Under the pieces are notes generated by a model that was not told the origin of the DNA, did no database searches, and was given only the letters and a program-made list of their open reading frames with translations. From Salinispira sp. (lineage in GTDB: Bacteria > Spirochaetota > Spirochaetia > DSM-27196 > Salinispiraceae): a stretch of DNA of 64,000 bases. Position numbers and translations under genes: made by a program. Below, in pieces: positions 19,548-29,169 of this stretch (position 1 is the stretch's first letter; each line of letters opens with the position of its first letter). Location of the stretch: the NCBI GenBank assembly GCA_965226555.1, contig CBDDDG010000022.1:96001-160000 (forward strand). Direction: 5' to 3'.

Positions 19548-21482
19548 TCATTGCTGCTCATTTGCGATCCTCACAATTTTGTCTACATTAACAAAATGAA
19601 TACTTTTTCTTCGTTTATCAACTGGCAAATACTTTAATTCTTTTTGCATCATTTCACCTTTAAGGGCTTGGGTTACTTCCCCCGCGCTAAAACCTTTGCC
19701 GTGTCTATAGCCCCAACTGCGTTTTACCATCGGAATCACTGAAGATGCAGGGTGAGCTATTTTAGGTAGTAAAATCTGAATTTCAGGTTGTGCAATCTGA
19801 ATGAGCTGCTGCACTTTGTCACCAATGATTGCCTTCAAATACTTACAATCATCCAGATTATCATATCTGAACTCTCGAAGAGGAATAGGGATCAGTGAAT
19901 ATCCCGTTTCATTTTGATTTTGGCGAGGATACCTCCTGCCCTGTTGATTATCCCATGCAATTTCAACTCTTTTAATATGGCGGGGTAGCCATAAGTGAAT
20001 TTCCGCATTAGCATCGCCATAGTTTTTAAACTTTTCAGGAGTCATTTGGAAACATGTGTCTTGCCAGTCTGCCGATTCGTTATTCATACACCACCAGATT
20101 CTGGGCAGGTGTAACGAAATCGTAACTTCATCGTTATTGGAGTTACATGTAAATATTTGCTTATCGTATGCTGCGTATGGCGCAACTTCAAATGCGTTCT
20201 CATTTTTTGTCATCAATTTACAGGTATTTTTTGCTGTCAAATCAATATTGTTTCCAATAAACTGAATTCTTGTTGAAGTATGTCCGCTTTTATCTGGTAG
20301 CAATATGGTATTTTCGACATATTCTCCTCCGTTTATTGTAATTTTCTCAAGGCCCTGTATATAGCGAAACGAAATGCTATCTTGCATTTTAATGTTTTCA
20401 TCGTAGACGCGAAGAAAGAACCGTCCTTGCCTCTGAGCCATAACATCTATAAGCTTTTGCTCGGGAAGTTTAATATTTTCTCCCCAGCCATCTGCTTTCT
20501 CTTCACCAACTCGCGCCCAGACAATGTTCTTTCCTGCTATAATCTGTGGCAGATTACCAACAAATAGCTCATTTTCATTATTTGTAAATAGACATTTTCC
20601 CTTTAGTTCTACGGCAATGGATGATGTCAGTGCAATAGGTTTACCCTCATCATCTCTAAATTCATAATTTTGCGTTGATGCATCTTTGTCAAGAAAATAA
20701 AAATGCGCCATAAATCGTTTATCACTACAAAATTCCGGTTCGACACGTATATTACTACCGATTCTTTCCCACTGTTGGGGAGCAATCACAATGAAATGTC
20801 CTTTGGTTAATGTGGAAATTTCACGTCCATCATCACTCCAGTCATTTTTCATTTTAAAAATAAGAGGTTTATTTTCTTTATATAACGTAATTTTGTCGCT
20901 ACTGCCATCAGTAAATATGGTTAACAAATTTTCTGTAAACGATGTTAATTGATATTCGTTATTTAGAGTGTTCAGGCAGCTACCGTTTTGCGTAATCTCC
21001 CTAATTTCCCTACTTTCATTTACCGATAGAAAAATACTCCAGCCAGTAGAAAGATTGCGACAGATAAATTCGGGTTTTGGTTTTATAAAAGAATTATCGC
21101 TTTTGTTCTTATTGTGCTTTTGATGTTTTTGCGTTCTTTTTCCAGGTGCCTTTATTGGACCGCGGTTTGAGTCAGTTTTCTCATTGTGAATGGGATTTTG
21201 AGGCAGCTGTACGGGATCAAGGGGAGGTTGGTGTTGGGTATTATCCGGTGGAGATATAATTTCTCGAGTTGGAGTAGCTGTAATGCCCCCATCTCCCGCT
21301 GTCTGGTTACTGTTAATACGATCATGTGATATTTCAGGTTCAATAGCAGGAGTAGTGGGCTTATTTCCGTTATCCCGGGAATCATTTTCAGCATCAGATG
21401 TCTCATGCATATTATCCTCTTTGGATAATAATTGTGTAATCCACCGTTTACAGAGATTGATTATTTTGCGAATCCAATTCAT
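19548..21482 (-). CDS. Uncharacterised 644-aa protein with a C-terminal ribosomal protein eL13 (L13e)-like domain
   Basis: C-terminus PMVKR...RHGKGFSAGEV...LPVDKRRKSIHFVNV resembles the L13e consensus (R-x-G-R-GFS-x-x-E...I-x-VD-x-RR-x-S-x-H-x-x-NV). Overlaps the helicase start by 14 nt. Confidence 0.7.
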   Translation of the reverse strand: MNWIRKIINLCKRWITQLLSKEDNMHETSDAENDSRDNGNKPTTPAIEPEISHDRINSNQTAGDGGITATPTREIISPPDNTQHQPPLDPVQLPQNPIHNEKTDSNRGPIKAPGKRTQKHQKHNKNKSDNSFIKPKPEFICRNLSTGWSIFLSVNESREIREITQNGSCLNTLNNEYQLTSFTENLLTIFTDGSSDKITLYKENKPLIFKMKNDWSDDGREISTLTKGHFIVIAPQQWERIGSNIRVEPEFCSDKRFMAHFYFLDKDASTQNYEFRDDEGKPIALTSSIAVELKGKCLFTNNENELFVGNLPQIIAGKNIVWARVGEEKADGWGENIKLPEQKLIDVMAQRQGRFFLRVYDENIKMQDSISFRYIQGLEKITINGGEYVENTILLPDKSGHTSTRIQFIGNNIDLTAKNTCKLMTKNENAFEVAPYAAYDKQIFTCNSNNDEVTISLHLPRIWWCMNNESADWQDTCFQMTPEKFKNYGDANAEIHLWLPRHIKRVEIAWDNQQGRRYPRQNQNETGYSLIPIPLREFRYDNLDDCKYLKAIIGDKVQQLIQIAQPEIQILLPKIAHPASSVIPMVKRSWGYRHGKGFSAGEVTQALKGEMMQKELKYLPVDKRRKSIHFVNVDKIVRIANEQQ

Positions 21483-21626
21483 TATGATTGATAATAGTTT
21501 TAAAAATTTATGACGTCAATAGATGGATGCCATTGCAAGTCATCTTGAATCCAAGAATTATAAAATCAGGGAGAAACACACTACATACGAAAGGGGTGAA
21601 GATATAGCGGGTAATGAGGAACGGCA

Positions 21627-22832
21627 ATGAGTAAATCAGCGTATGGGCAGCCAATTATTATTACAGAAGATGAAAAGCTTCTTAAGCCCCAGCAGCCTCC
21701 GAAGCCGGAGGAAGATGAGAAATTTCTGCAGGATCTGATTTTCAAACATGCCGATTGCCTGCCCGTATCGGAAATTGATGACGCCTACACCCCGCTGATC
21801 CCCGTTTGCAGGGAACTGAATACGCATGCCGGTCCCCTAGACATTCTGATGGCCACGCCTGCAGGCAAGCTCGTGATAATTGAAACCAAACTCTGGAGAA
21901 ATCCGGATGCCCGACGGAAGGTAGTTGCGCAAATCCTCGATTATGCGAAAGAACTTGCCCGGTGGTCTTATGAAGATTTATATCGGGAGATTAACAGAAA
22001 CCTGCAGACCTCAGGCAATCATCTCTATAATACGGTTACCGCCTCAGCAGGTGAAGCTTCAGCCCTCGATGAAGCTGCTTTTGTTGATGCTGTGAGCAGA
22101 AACCTCCAAAAAGGTGAATTTTTGCTGTTGCTGGTCGGAGATGGAATTCGGGAGGGCGCAGAAAGATTAACCGAATTTCTGTCAACTGCCGGTAATCTTG
22201 CCTTCACATTTGGCATGATTGAAGTTGCTTTTTTCAAGGCACCGGACATTGGCACTCTGATTATTCCCCGGGTAATAGCCCGCACAGTCGAAATTCAACG
22301 ATCAGTTGTTGAACTCCCTCCGGGACTGCAGCTCCGGGAAGTTGCCGATCAATTTGATACATCACTTTCTCCAGAACGAAAAAAGGAGAAAGAGTTTTAC
22401 AGTACTTTCTGGAGAGAATTTATCAATGGACTTTCACTTGATGATCCCGGACAGCCAATGCCGCATCCTTTAAATGCCGAGAACCAATATTTTTATCTGC
22501 CACCGCAGCCTCCAAAAAGGGTATGGATCAGCGCAGCTTTTATTCCGAGTAAGAAGCAGGTTAGTGTATATTTCACCTGTAGTACCATTCCGCCCGGGCC
22601 TGATATGGCTGAAAAACTGGAGTTTGAGAGGGATGAAATAGTTGCCGAACTTTCCAAACTCGGTGAGGGAATTTACTGGGATATGCCGAAAAGCGTCGGT
22701 GTCTACCGATCTGTTGATGATATATTTGCCCCGGAGAACCGGCAGATAATTCAGGACTTCTTTCAAACCTGGGTAAACCGGTTCATCAATGCCTTTAGGC
22801 CGAGACTAAAGCGGCTGTCTGAAGACAGATAA
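21627..22832 (+). CDS. NucS-like PD-(D/E)XK endonuclease with DUF4268-like C-terminal domain
   Basis: LDIL...IIETKLWRNPDARRKVVAQILDYA nuclease motif; second domain begins FYSTFWREF. Confidence 0.7.
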   Translation: MSKSAYGQPIIITEDEKLLKPQQPPKPEEDEKFLQDLIFKHADCLPVSEIDDAYTPLIPVCRELNTHAGPLDILMATPAGKLVIIETKLWRNPDARRKVVAQILDYAKELARWSYEDLYREINRNLQTSGNHLYNTVTASAGEASALDEAAFVDAVSRNLQKGEFLLLLVGDGIREGAERLTEFLSTAGNLAFTFGMIEVAFFKAPDIGTLIIPRVIARTVEIQRSVVELPPGLQLREVADQFDTSLSPERKKEKEFYSTFWREFINGLSLDDPGQPMPHPLNAENQYFYLPPQPPKRVWISAAFIPSKKQVSVYFTCSTIPPGPDMAEKLEFERDEIVAELSKLGEGIYWDMPKSVGVYRSVDDIFAPENRQIIQDFFQTWVNRFINAFRPRLKRLSEDR

Positions 22833-22857
22833 TCGTCCCACCCTGCCCCGCGCGCCC

Positions 22858-23280
22858 TCAAACCCAGGTAAAGGTTCCATCGGCCTGGGGTTGTGAAAAG
22901 GGGTTGAAGGCGACCTCCCACAGGTATCCGTCGGGGTCGGAAAAGTATGCGGAGTATCCGCCCCAGAAGACCTTTTGGGGTTCTTTGACAATGTGCGCGC
23001 CAATTGCTCGCACATCTTCTATAACCTCATCAACCTCTGCTTCAGAACCAACATTGTAGGCCATGGTAAAACAGGGCGATGCCGCAGGAATCGGCACCCC
23101 GACATCCTCAGCCAGTCCAGTAAGCGGATAAAGCGACAACACAAAGGACTGCAAATTAAAAGCCACAATGTTTTCAGCGCCTTCCTCGGTCGCGACCTTC
23201 CATCCCAATTTTTCATAGAACACACGCGACCTCTGAAGATCGGCCACGCCCAATGTTATAATGCTCAATCGCTGTTCCAT
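22858..23280 (-). CDS. VOC/glyoxalase family protein
   Basis: ITLGVADLQRSRVFY...FWGGYSAYFSDPDGYLWEV. Confidence 0.92.
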   Translation of the reverse strand: MEQRLSIITLGVADLQRSRVFYEKLGWKVATEEGAENIVAFNLQSFVLSLYPLTGLAEDVGVPIPAASPCFTMAYNVGSEAEVDEVIEDVRAIGAHIVKEPQKVFWGGYSAYFSDPDGYLWEVAFNPFSQPQADGTFTWV

Positions 23281-23307
23281 ACAATACTCCTCGCGCTATC
23301 GACGTAT

Positions 23308-23353
23308 AAAAATTTTTGCATAAATCAAAAAATTTCAGTTTTGCAAAACTTTC
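23308..23353. repeat. Degenerate short-type palindromic repeat
   Basis: AAAATTTTTGCA...TTTTGCAAAACTTTC, with the same termini as the repeat family. Confidence 0.55.
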
Positions 23354-23454
23354 GAATAGCTATGCCATATAACAGTATCAGAAAATTGCGCAAAATACAG
23401 CACAATGCAAAAGTGTCTGATAATATTCGGGGATATCAATCCTTCGCCCAGCCT

Positions 23455-24653
23455 TCATCCGAGCGCGCGCAATTTTCGCATTAATTTCTCCAGGGAAACA
23501 ATGTGCGCATCGTTGCCAATGGGAAACTCGTCATCGCCGCCATAGACGACATACCTGCGCACGGCGCCAATGTCATCGCAAATCTGGTGAAAATATCTGT
23601 TCACCTTGGGAGCAAGCCCATATTTGACTTCCACAGCCCAAACATCCGCGTTCGGCATGGTTATGAGCAGATCAATTTCTGCGCCGGCGGCGCTGCGGTA
23701 GAAGTGGGTTTTTGCGAGGGAGGTAGGACTGAATGAATGTTTTCCACAACAAAACCTTCCCAGCTCTTGCCGATAATGGGGTGAGACAGCAGCGCATCGC
23801 CATTCCCAATGCTCAGCAGCCGGTGGAGCAGGCCGCTGTCGCGCACATAATAGCGCGGCGATTTCACCAGCCGTTTTTTAGCATTCCTGTGCCATGGTTC
23901 AATTCGCCGAAGCAGCAACAGATCGGTCAGAATGTCGATGTAACGGCTAACGGTCTTGTGGTCTGTTTCCAAATTCGCCCCCAGTTGCGAAACATTCACC
24001 GGCTCGCCCTGAAAATGGGCAAGCATTGTCCATAAACGTCTCAGCCGGACAGCGGGAACGCGAAACCCCAGCTGCGGCACATCGCGCTCCACATAGGTCC
24101 GAATTAAATTTTCCAGCCATTCCATGGCTGTCGCGTCAGTATCGGCAAGATAACTATCGGGAAATCCTCCCCGCAGCCACAGACGCTGAACATGATTCTG
24201 AGATTCGCCAATATCCAGCTTCATTTGAGAATCGCCGGTCTCCAGAACATTAAGCCCCGTCAGTTCAAGATAGCTGATGCGGCCGGCAAGGCTTTCTGAC
24301 GATTGCCGCAATACCTCCATGGAGGCAGAGCCCAACAGCAAAAATTGAGCAGCGCTGCGTCCGTCCTGCCGATTCCGGTCGATAATGCCGCGCAGAATCC
24401 TGAAAATTTCAGGAAACTGCTGTATTTCGTCCAGAATAATGAGCTTTTCGCGCCGCGAATGAAAAAAAGCAATTGGATCGCTCAATTTCAGTGTGTCTTC
24501 TGGAGATTCTAAATCGAGATACAGAGCGCTCATATCGCGCTCCAGAGATCGGGCAAGTGTTGTCTTACCCACCTGGCGCGCGCCAAGCAGGGCAACCGCA
24601 GGCACTCGCGCAATGTGTTTCCTGAGCCTGTCGCCCATTAACCGTTCCAACAT
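23455..24653 (-). pseudogene. AAA_14 ATPase + DUF4143 protein, one frameshift near 23715
   Basis: GARQVGKTT, ILDEIQ, LLGSAS, RGGFP, LVKSPRYYVRDSG; continues in another frame as FYRSAAGAEIDL...AVEVK. The frameshift may be a sequencing error. Confidence 0.85.
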
Positions 24654-24777
24654 ACCGGTATAGTAGGCGATACATGCCAAAATTACAAGGCCTCAGTACG
24701 TTTTACCGTGTAATTTGGGAATTCGATGCCCAAATTGCACGGTAAAGGTGAAATGTATTGGTTTTGTTATTGGTCTG

Positions 24778-26155
24778 TTATTTATTTGGGGGAGAAGTTT
24801 GCTCATGGGGCATCAGGCGCCGCAGCGGACGAAAATAGGTTTTGGGGCTGTAATCGGCAAGATCAGATACTCTGGTCATATACACACAGGCATAGCTACT
24901 AATCTGCTCGGCATAACGGCTTTCTTCGAGACCGGCGCGAAGCACCTCTCCCCAGTATGGATTAAAGTATTCTCTGTATTTGATGAGAAGTTCCGATATA
25001 CGGTTATTTAACCATTCAATTTTTTTCAAATAAGGTATCAAGTTCGGCTCGGTTAGCCGCTATTCCTTCATGCCGGGCAATATCAAGTTGATTCAGCTTC
25101 AGTTCGAGGGCAGCCTTTTCTGCGTTCAGATGAGCAATTTCCTGCTGAGTGGATTCCCCCCTGAGCACTCCCTTCATCTCATCCTCAAGATCGCTGAGTA
25201 CGAGACCTGTTCGCCAGTCGCAGCTTTTCTTAATGGTAATAACATCACCGTAAATATGGTCGCCGAGGTAAAGAATTTCGTTACCCTGTAATCCAAGATC
25301 CTTTTGAAGTTTTTTAAACCATCCGCCCTGATAAATACCGGTGATCACCTTACCTTCATAATTTGTCATGTTTCCGGTTTTCGTGTCGACCTTGAGAAAG
25401 CGGTGAGCCTTCTGAAAAAATTCCGGTTTGTCTGCAAGGGTTATGACAATATCGAAAAGTTCACGCCAATTCTTATGATTTTTCAGATATGGAGTAATTG
25501 CGTAGTCGAGAATGGTTCGGGAATAGGTATATTCGCTGTTTGTGATCATCATGAGTTTTTTACCATAATCTATGTAACGTTCAAGCAGGAGCGGAATGCG
25601 TTTATCGAGAAGGATGAGGCGCTCGGGCCTATTCTCTAAGACCTTTTTAATGGAACCGTCAATATGCGCGGTATTAATTGCGTCCTGTACGTTCTGTCCA
25701 ATATCGGCGAGCGATGGAAGTTTTACTCCCGTGTTATATAAATCCACAAGCTGGCTGTATAAAACTCCGGCAGAAATGGCAAAATTCGTATCGAGAGGAA
25801 TAAAATTCGTATCTTGAATATCAATTGCGATATTCTGATAAAAATTCTGAACCTGCCGATAATGTATTTCCTTCAATCCATGAAATGCCCTTTTCACCTT
25901 ACCAAAGCGATTGAGCTTCAGAAGGTTACCGTTTTTGCTGTCAATTACCAGACCGACAATGGCACGGTCGTAATCAAATTCAAGTTCCCGTATTTCCGGC
26001 GGATATTCATAGTGTTCGGTGAGTATACGTAATGCTTCGGTATGCGCAAGTTTTTCAAAAGCTTTGATATTGTAGCATACAAGAGTGTAGTCCATATCGA
26101 AGCCGATGAGTTTGATTTTTTTAAGATTCAGGGAACGATTTACGTATACTGCCAT
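24778..26155 (-). CDS. HAD-IG (cN-II type) 5'-nucleotidase, frameshift in an A7 run at about 25020
   Basis: GFDMDYTL, ITNS, KPEFF, LYLGDHIYGDV; C-terminal part FNPYWG...YACVY...RRLMPHE lies in the adjacent frame. Confidence 0.88.
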
Positions 26156-28995
26156 TATTCTTTTTCCGGGAAAAGTATAATTTCCGCATATGAGGAATTT
26201 TCAAAAACCCGTTTAGCGGAATTCTGAATATCATCTGCGCTCAGCTCATCGTACCATGCGGTTTTTTCCAGAGCATATTCCCAGCCGAGGTCATTTTTGG
26301 TGAGAAATTCAATTTGTCCCAGCCACCATCCATTTCTTTCAAGATTTTCTTCATAACTCACTCGCTGACTCTCTGAAACCCGCTGCGCATATTCCTCGCC
26401 CAGTCCCTCGGCAACAATGCTGGTAATCTCGTTTCTGATCAGGGTAGTGAGTTCCTGAACCCGCTCAGGCTCGGTACTGAAATTTATGGTAAACAGATAA
26501 TCTTCATCGGGAACCCGATTCAGGGTGAATGAAGCATTAATACTGTATGTTCCGCCGACTTCCTCTCTCACAAGCTCAATGAGCCGAATGTTAAGCGCGC
26601 TGCTGAGGGCGGAAAAATCGTAGAGGGTGTCGTAATTCCAGAGAATTTCATCGCTCCATGCAAGTGTTACAATGGCTAAGGGTTCTATTCCGGCGTAAAT
26701 TTCATCGCGGATATTTTCGGTAAAGTAATCAAGTCCATTATCGCGCGCTGTTTCCTGTTTTCCCCCATCGGGAAGACTGGCAATCCATTGAGTAACCTTC
26801 TGTTTCAACTCCTCAGGTTCAAAGGCGCCAACGAAAAAGAAGGTGAAATCGCCCGCATGGGTGAACCGTTCTCTGAAAAACGAAAGAAGCTCGTCATAGT
26901 CGAGATCAGAAACATCTTCAGGCAGGGGACTGCGCAGGGGATAGGTGAGCGCGCGGAAATGATTGTTGAAGAGGGCCGCGTTTAAACGATTCCGATACTG
27001 AACCCGCGGATCCCGTTTCCTGATTTTCAAGGAATGCCGAGAGGCGGCTGCGGTACGACTCCCAGGCTTCAGTATCTTCGCCAAGGTCGGTAAAATACAG
27101 ATAATTCAACTGCAGCATGGTTTCAAGATCATCAGGAGAAACACTTCCAGAAAGTCCTTCTTCATATTCGGAAATCCATGGAGATATATCGACCTGCTTC
27201 CCTGCCAGCGCCTTACCGATATCCACTGAACTCAGCGCGCCAAGCCCTCCCGTTGATACGGCAAGTGTTGAAAGGGCAGCAGCTGTATAATTATCATTAT
27301 CAATAAGGCTGAGACCGCCCCTGCTGACGGCGCTGAATAGAATTTCGTCATCTTTGAAATCTGTCGGCTTTGCATATACAACAGCGCCGTTGGAAAGTTC
27401 CCAGCGATATATCCCTGAATAACTATCGAAAAGTTCCTGTTGAATAGTTCCATGGCTTGGAGTATTGGGCACAAGTTCATTATCTGCGGTATTGTCAGTC
27501 CATGGAGACGGATTTTTATCGGCGCCGGAATGATAGGCAGAGAATATTTTTTCCTTCGTCAATGAGATGTTTTCAAGTTCCTCAGGTCCGGTGATGATTA
27601 TTGTATTGTTTCTATTATCAAGGCGTTCCTGAGTAATTGTTTCAAAATCGTCAATAGTAATGCCTGGCATGATCTGCTGAACAGTTTCCCATTCCAGTTT
27701 GTAGACGGCACAGGTTCTCCCGTTAAGTAATGTTCCTGCAGTATGCCGGGATATTGCCAGTGTTCCCGATTATCCTGTTCCTTCCACTGTCTTTCATACC
27801 GGCTCAGCAGCTGTTTCTTTGCCCGTTCAAGTTCGCTACTGAGAAAACCATGGCGCCGTATCCGCTCAAATTCTTCTGAAACTCGTTCTATGGCCTGTTC
27901 AATTTCTTCCACCTCGGCGAGAATGGAGCTGCCGTTACGACGGGTCCAGCGGGTATATGCGTTTGAATAGGCAGATGCGGTAATAAAGGGCGGGTCGGCT
28001 TCCTGAACAATTTCAAACAACCTCTGATTAATCATTTATAAAAGAGTTGGTCAATGAGAGAATGCGGTATTCATGCACTGTACGAATTTCAGGAACAGTA
28101 TAACGCGTGGTAAGAATTTCAACAGAGGTAACTGTTTCTTCAGGGTCGCTTGCAACAATGAACTGCTCCGATTGGCTTTCAGGCACATCAAATTTTCTTC
28201 TGTTCCGAGAGGGCATGGGATTCTGATGTTTTGAAAAACGTTCACGGATCATTGTCTCAATTTCAGAACTATCAAAATCGCCTACTGCAATAATTGCCAT
28301 GAGATCAGGACGATACCAATCTTCATAAAACGCCGCAGAGTTTCCGGATCGGCAGTTTCAATGATCTCCGGCTTGCCAATGGGAAGGCGCTCCGCATACA
28401 GTGACCCCTCAAAAGTACGGGGAGAATTTTCTGTAAAATCCGCTGCCGGGCGCCCGCGGCCGATGCGCCACTCTTCGAGAATAACATTTCGTTCGCTTAT
28501 AACATCCTGTTCCTGAGTGTTATGGGAGAATGCCCAATGTTCAAGTATTTCAAAGCCCTGTTCAAGGCGTATTACCGCGGTCTGTTGGTACAGAGAGCAT
28601 GTATACTGTTTCATCAAAGCTTGTATACGCATTAATATCGGGACCAAATTTATTCCCGCATTTTGAAGAAAGGAAATGAGATCATTTTCAGGGATACAGT
28701 TCGGTACCGTTAAAGGCCATGTGCTCAAGAAAATGAGCGAGCCCTGCTGATCATCATCTTCCAGTATTGAGCCGGCATTAACAACGAGCCGTAATTCTGC
28801 GCGGTTTTCCGGTTTACTATTTTCAACAATATAATACACAAGTCCGTTTTCCAGGGTTCCGTGAGTTATTGCGGTATCAAAGGGAATTTCTGCCATATCC
28901 GCGGCATGCGGGATATTTCCGGTACTCTGACAGGAAAATAGCAAAATACTACAAACACATAACAGAGTGAGTAGCTTAGCGTGTAAGGTATACAT
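26155..28995 (-). pseudogene. M16 family zinc peptidase (PqqL-like) lipoprotein, multiply frameshifted
   Basis: Lipobox LLFSC, GTLENGLVYY...VNAGS; the HxxEH motif AHFLEHMAFNGT is readable in a shifted frame at about 28740; LSNGAVVYAKPTDFK; spread over at least 5 ORF pieces. Confidence 0.85.
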
Positions 28996-29011
28996 AATTT
29001 TATTTCTCCTT

Positions 29012-29038
29012 AAAATTTTTGCATAAGGCAAAAATTTC
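29012..29038. repeat. Short-type palindromic repeat
   Basis: AAAATTTTTGCATAAGGCAAAAATTTC, matching the first half of the copy at 51817. Confidence 0.65.
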
Positions 29039-29076
29039 AAATGGCTGGTCGGAGGCTGCGCATCCGGTTCGCCCAT

Positions 29077-29169
29077 GTTTCCGATCTGGAATGCTTTCTT
29101 TGTGCTTAGCATTCTTCTATTTTATACAAATTTTTGCATTGATAAAGTTTTGCCTGTGGCAAAACTTTC
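29077..29169. repeat. Copy of the 64-bp repeat fused to a short-type palindromic repeat
   Basis: 29077-29140 matches 8302-8365; 29128-29169 is close to the reverse complement of 51817-51859. Confidence 0.8.

Larger units (their letters stand above)
14293..19561 (-). pseudogene. DEAH-box helicase with C-terminal DUF1998 (DruE/DrmAB-like), interrupted by IS3 and carrying one extra frameshift
   Basis: TGTASGKTE, LYPMNALANDQ, LDEAHQY, EEHTAQL, STTFEVGVDLG, QRVGRAGRR, YDNVPGGAG and CGCDSSCYGCL. Removing the IS plus one TSD restores the frame (ARIFVRKCKAYEK...CEVC...DPVQEIV). One extra base in an A-run near 16110. About 1330 aa reconstructed. Confidence 0.88.

Noticed and set aside
11892..21482. 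Canonical DISARM or BREX system
   Set aside because: No SNF2 DrmD, PLD DrmC, PglZ or BrxC recognised, and helicase and DUF1998 are in one gene.
25015..25030. Programmed frameshift or phase variation at the A7 tract
   Set aside because: The tract is short and lies among many similar indels; sequencing error is the simpler explanation.
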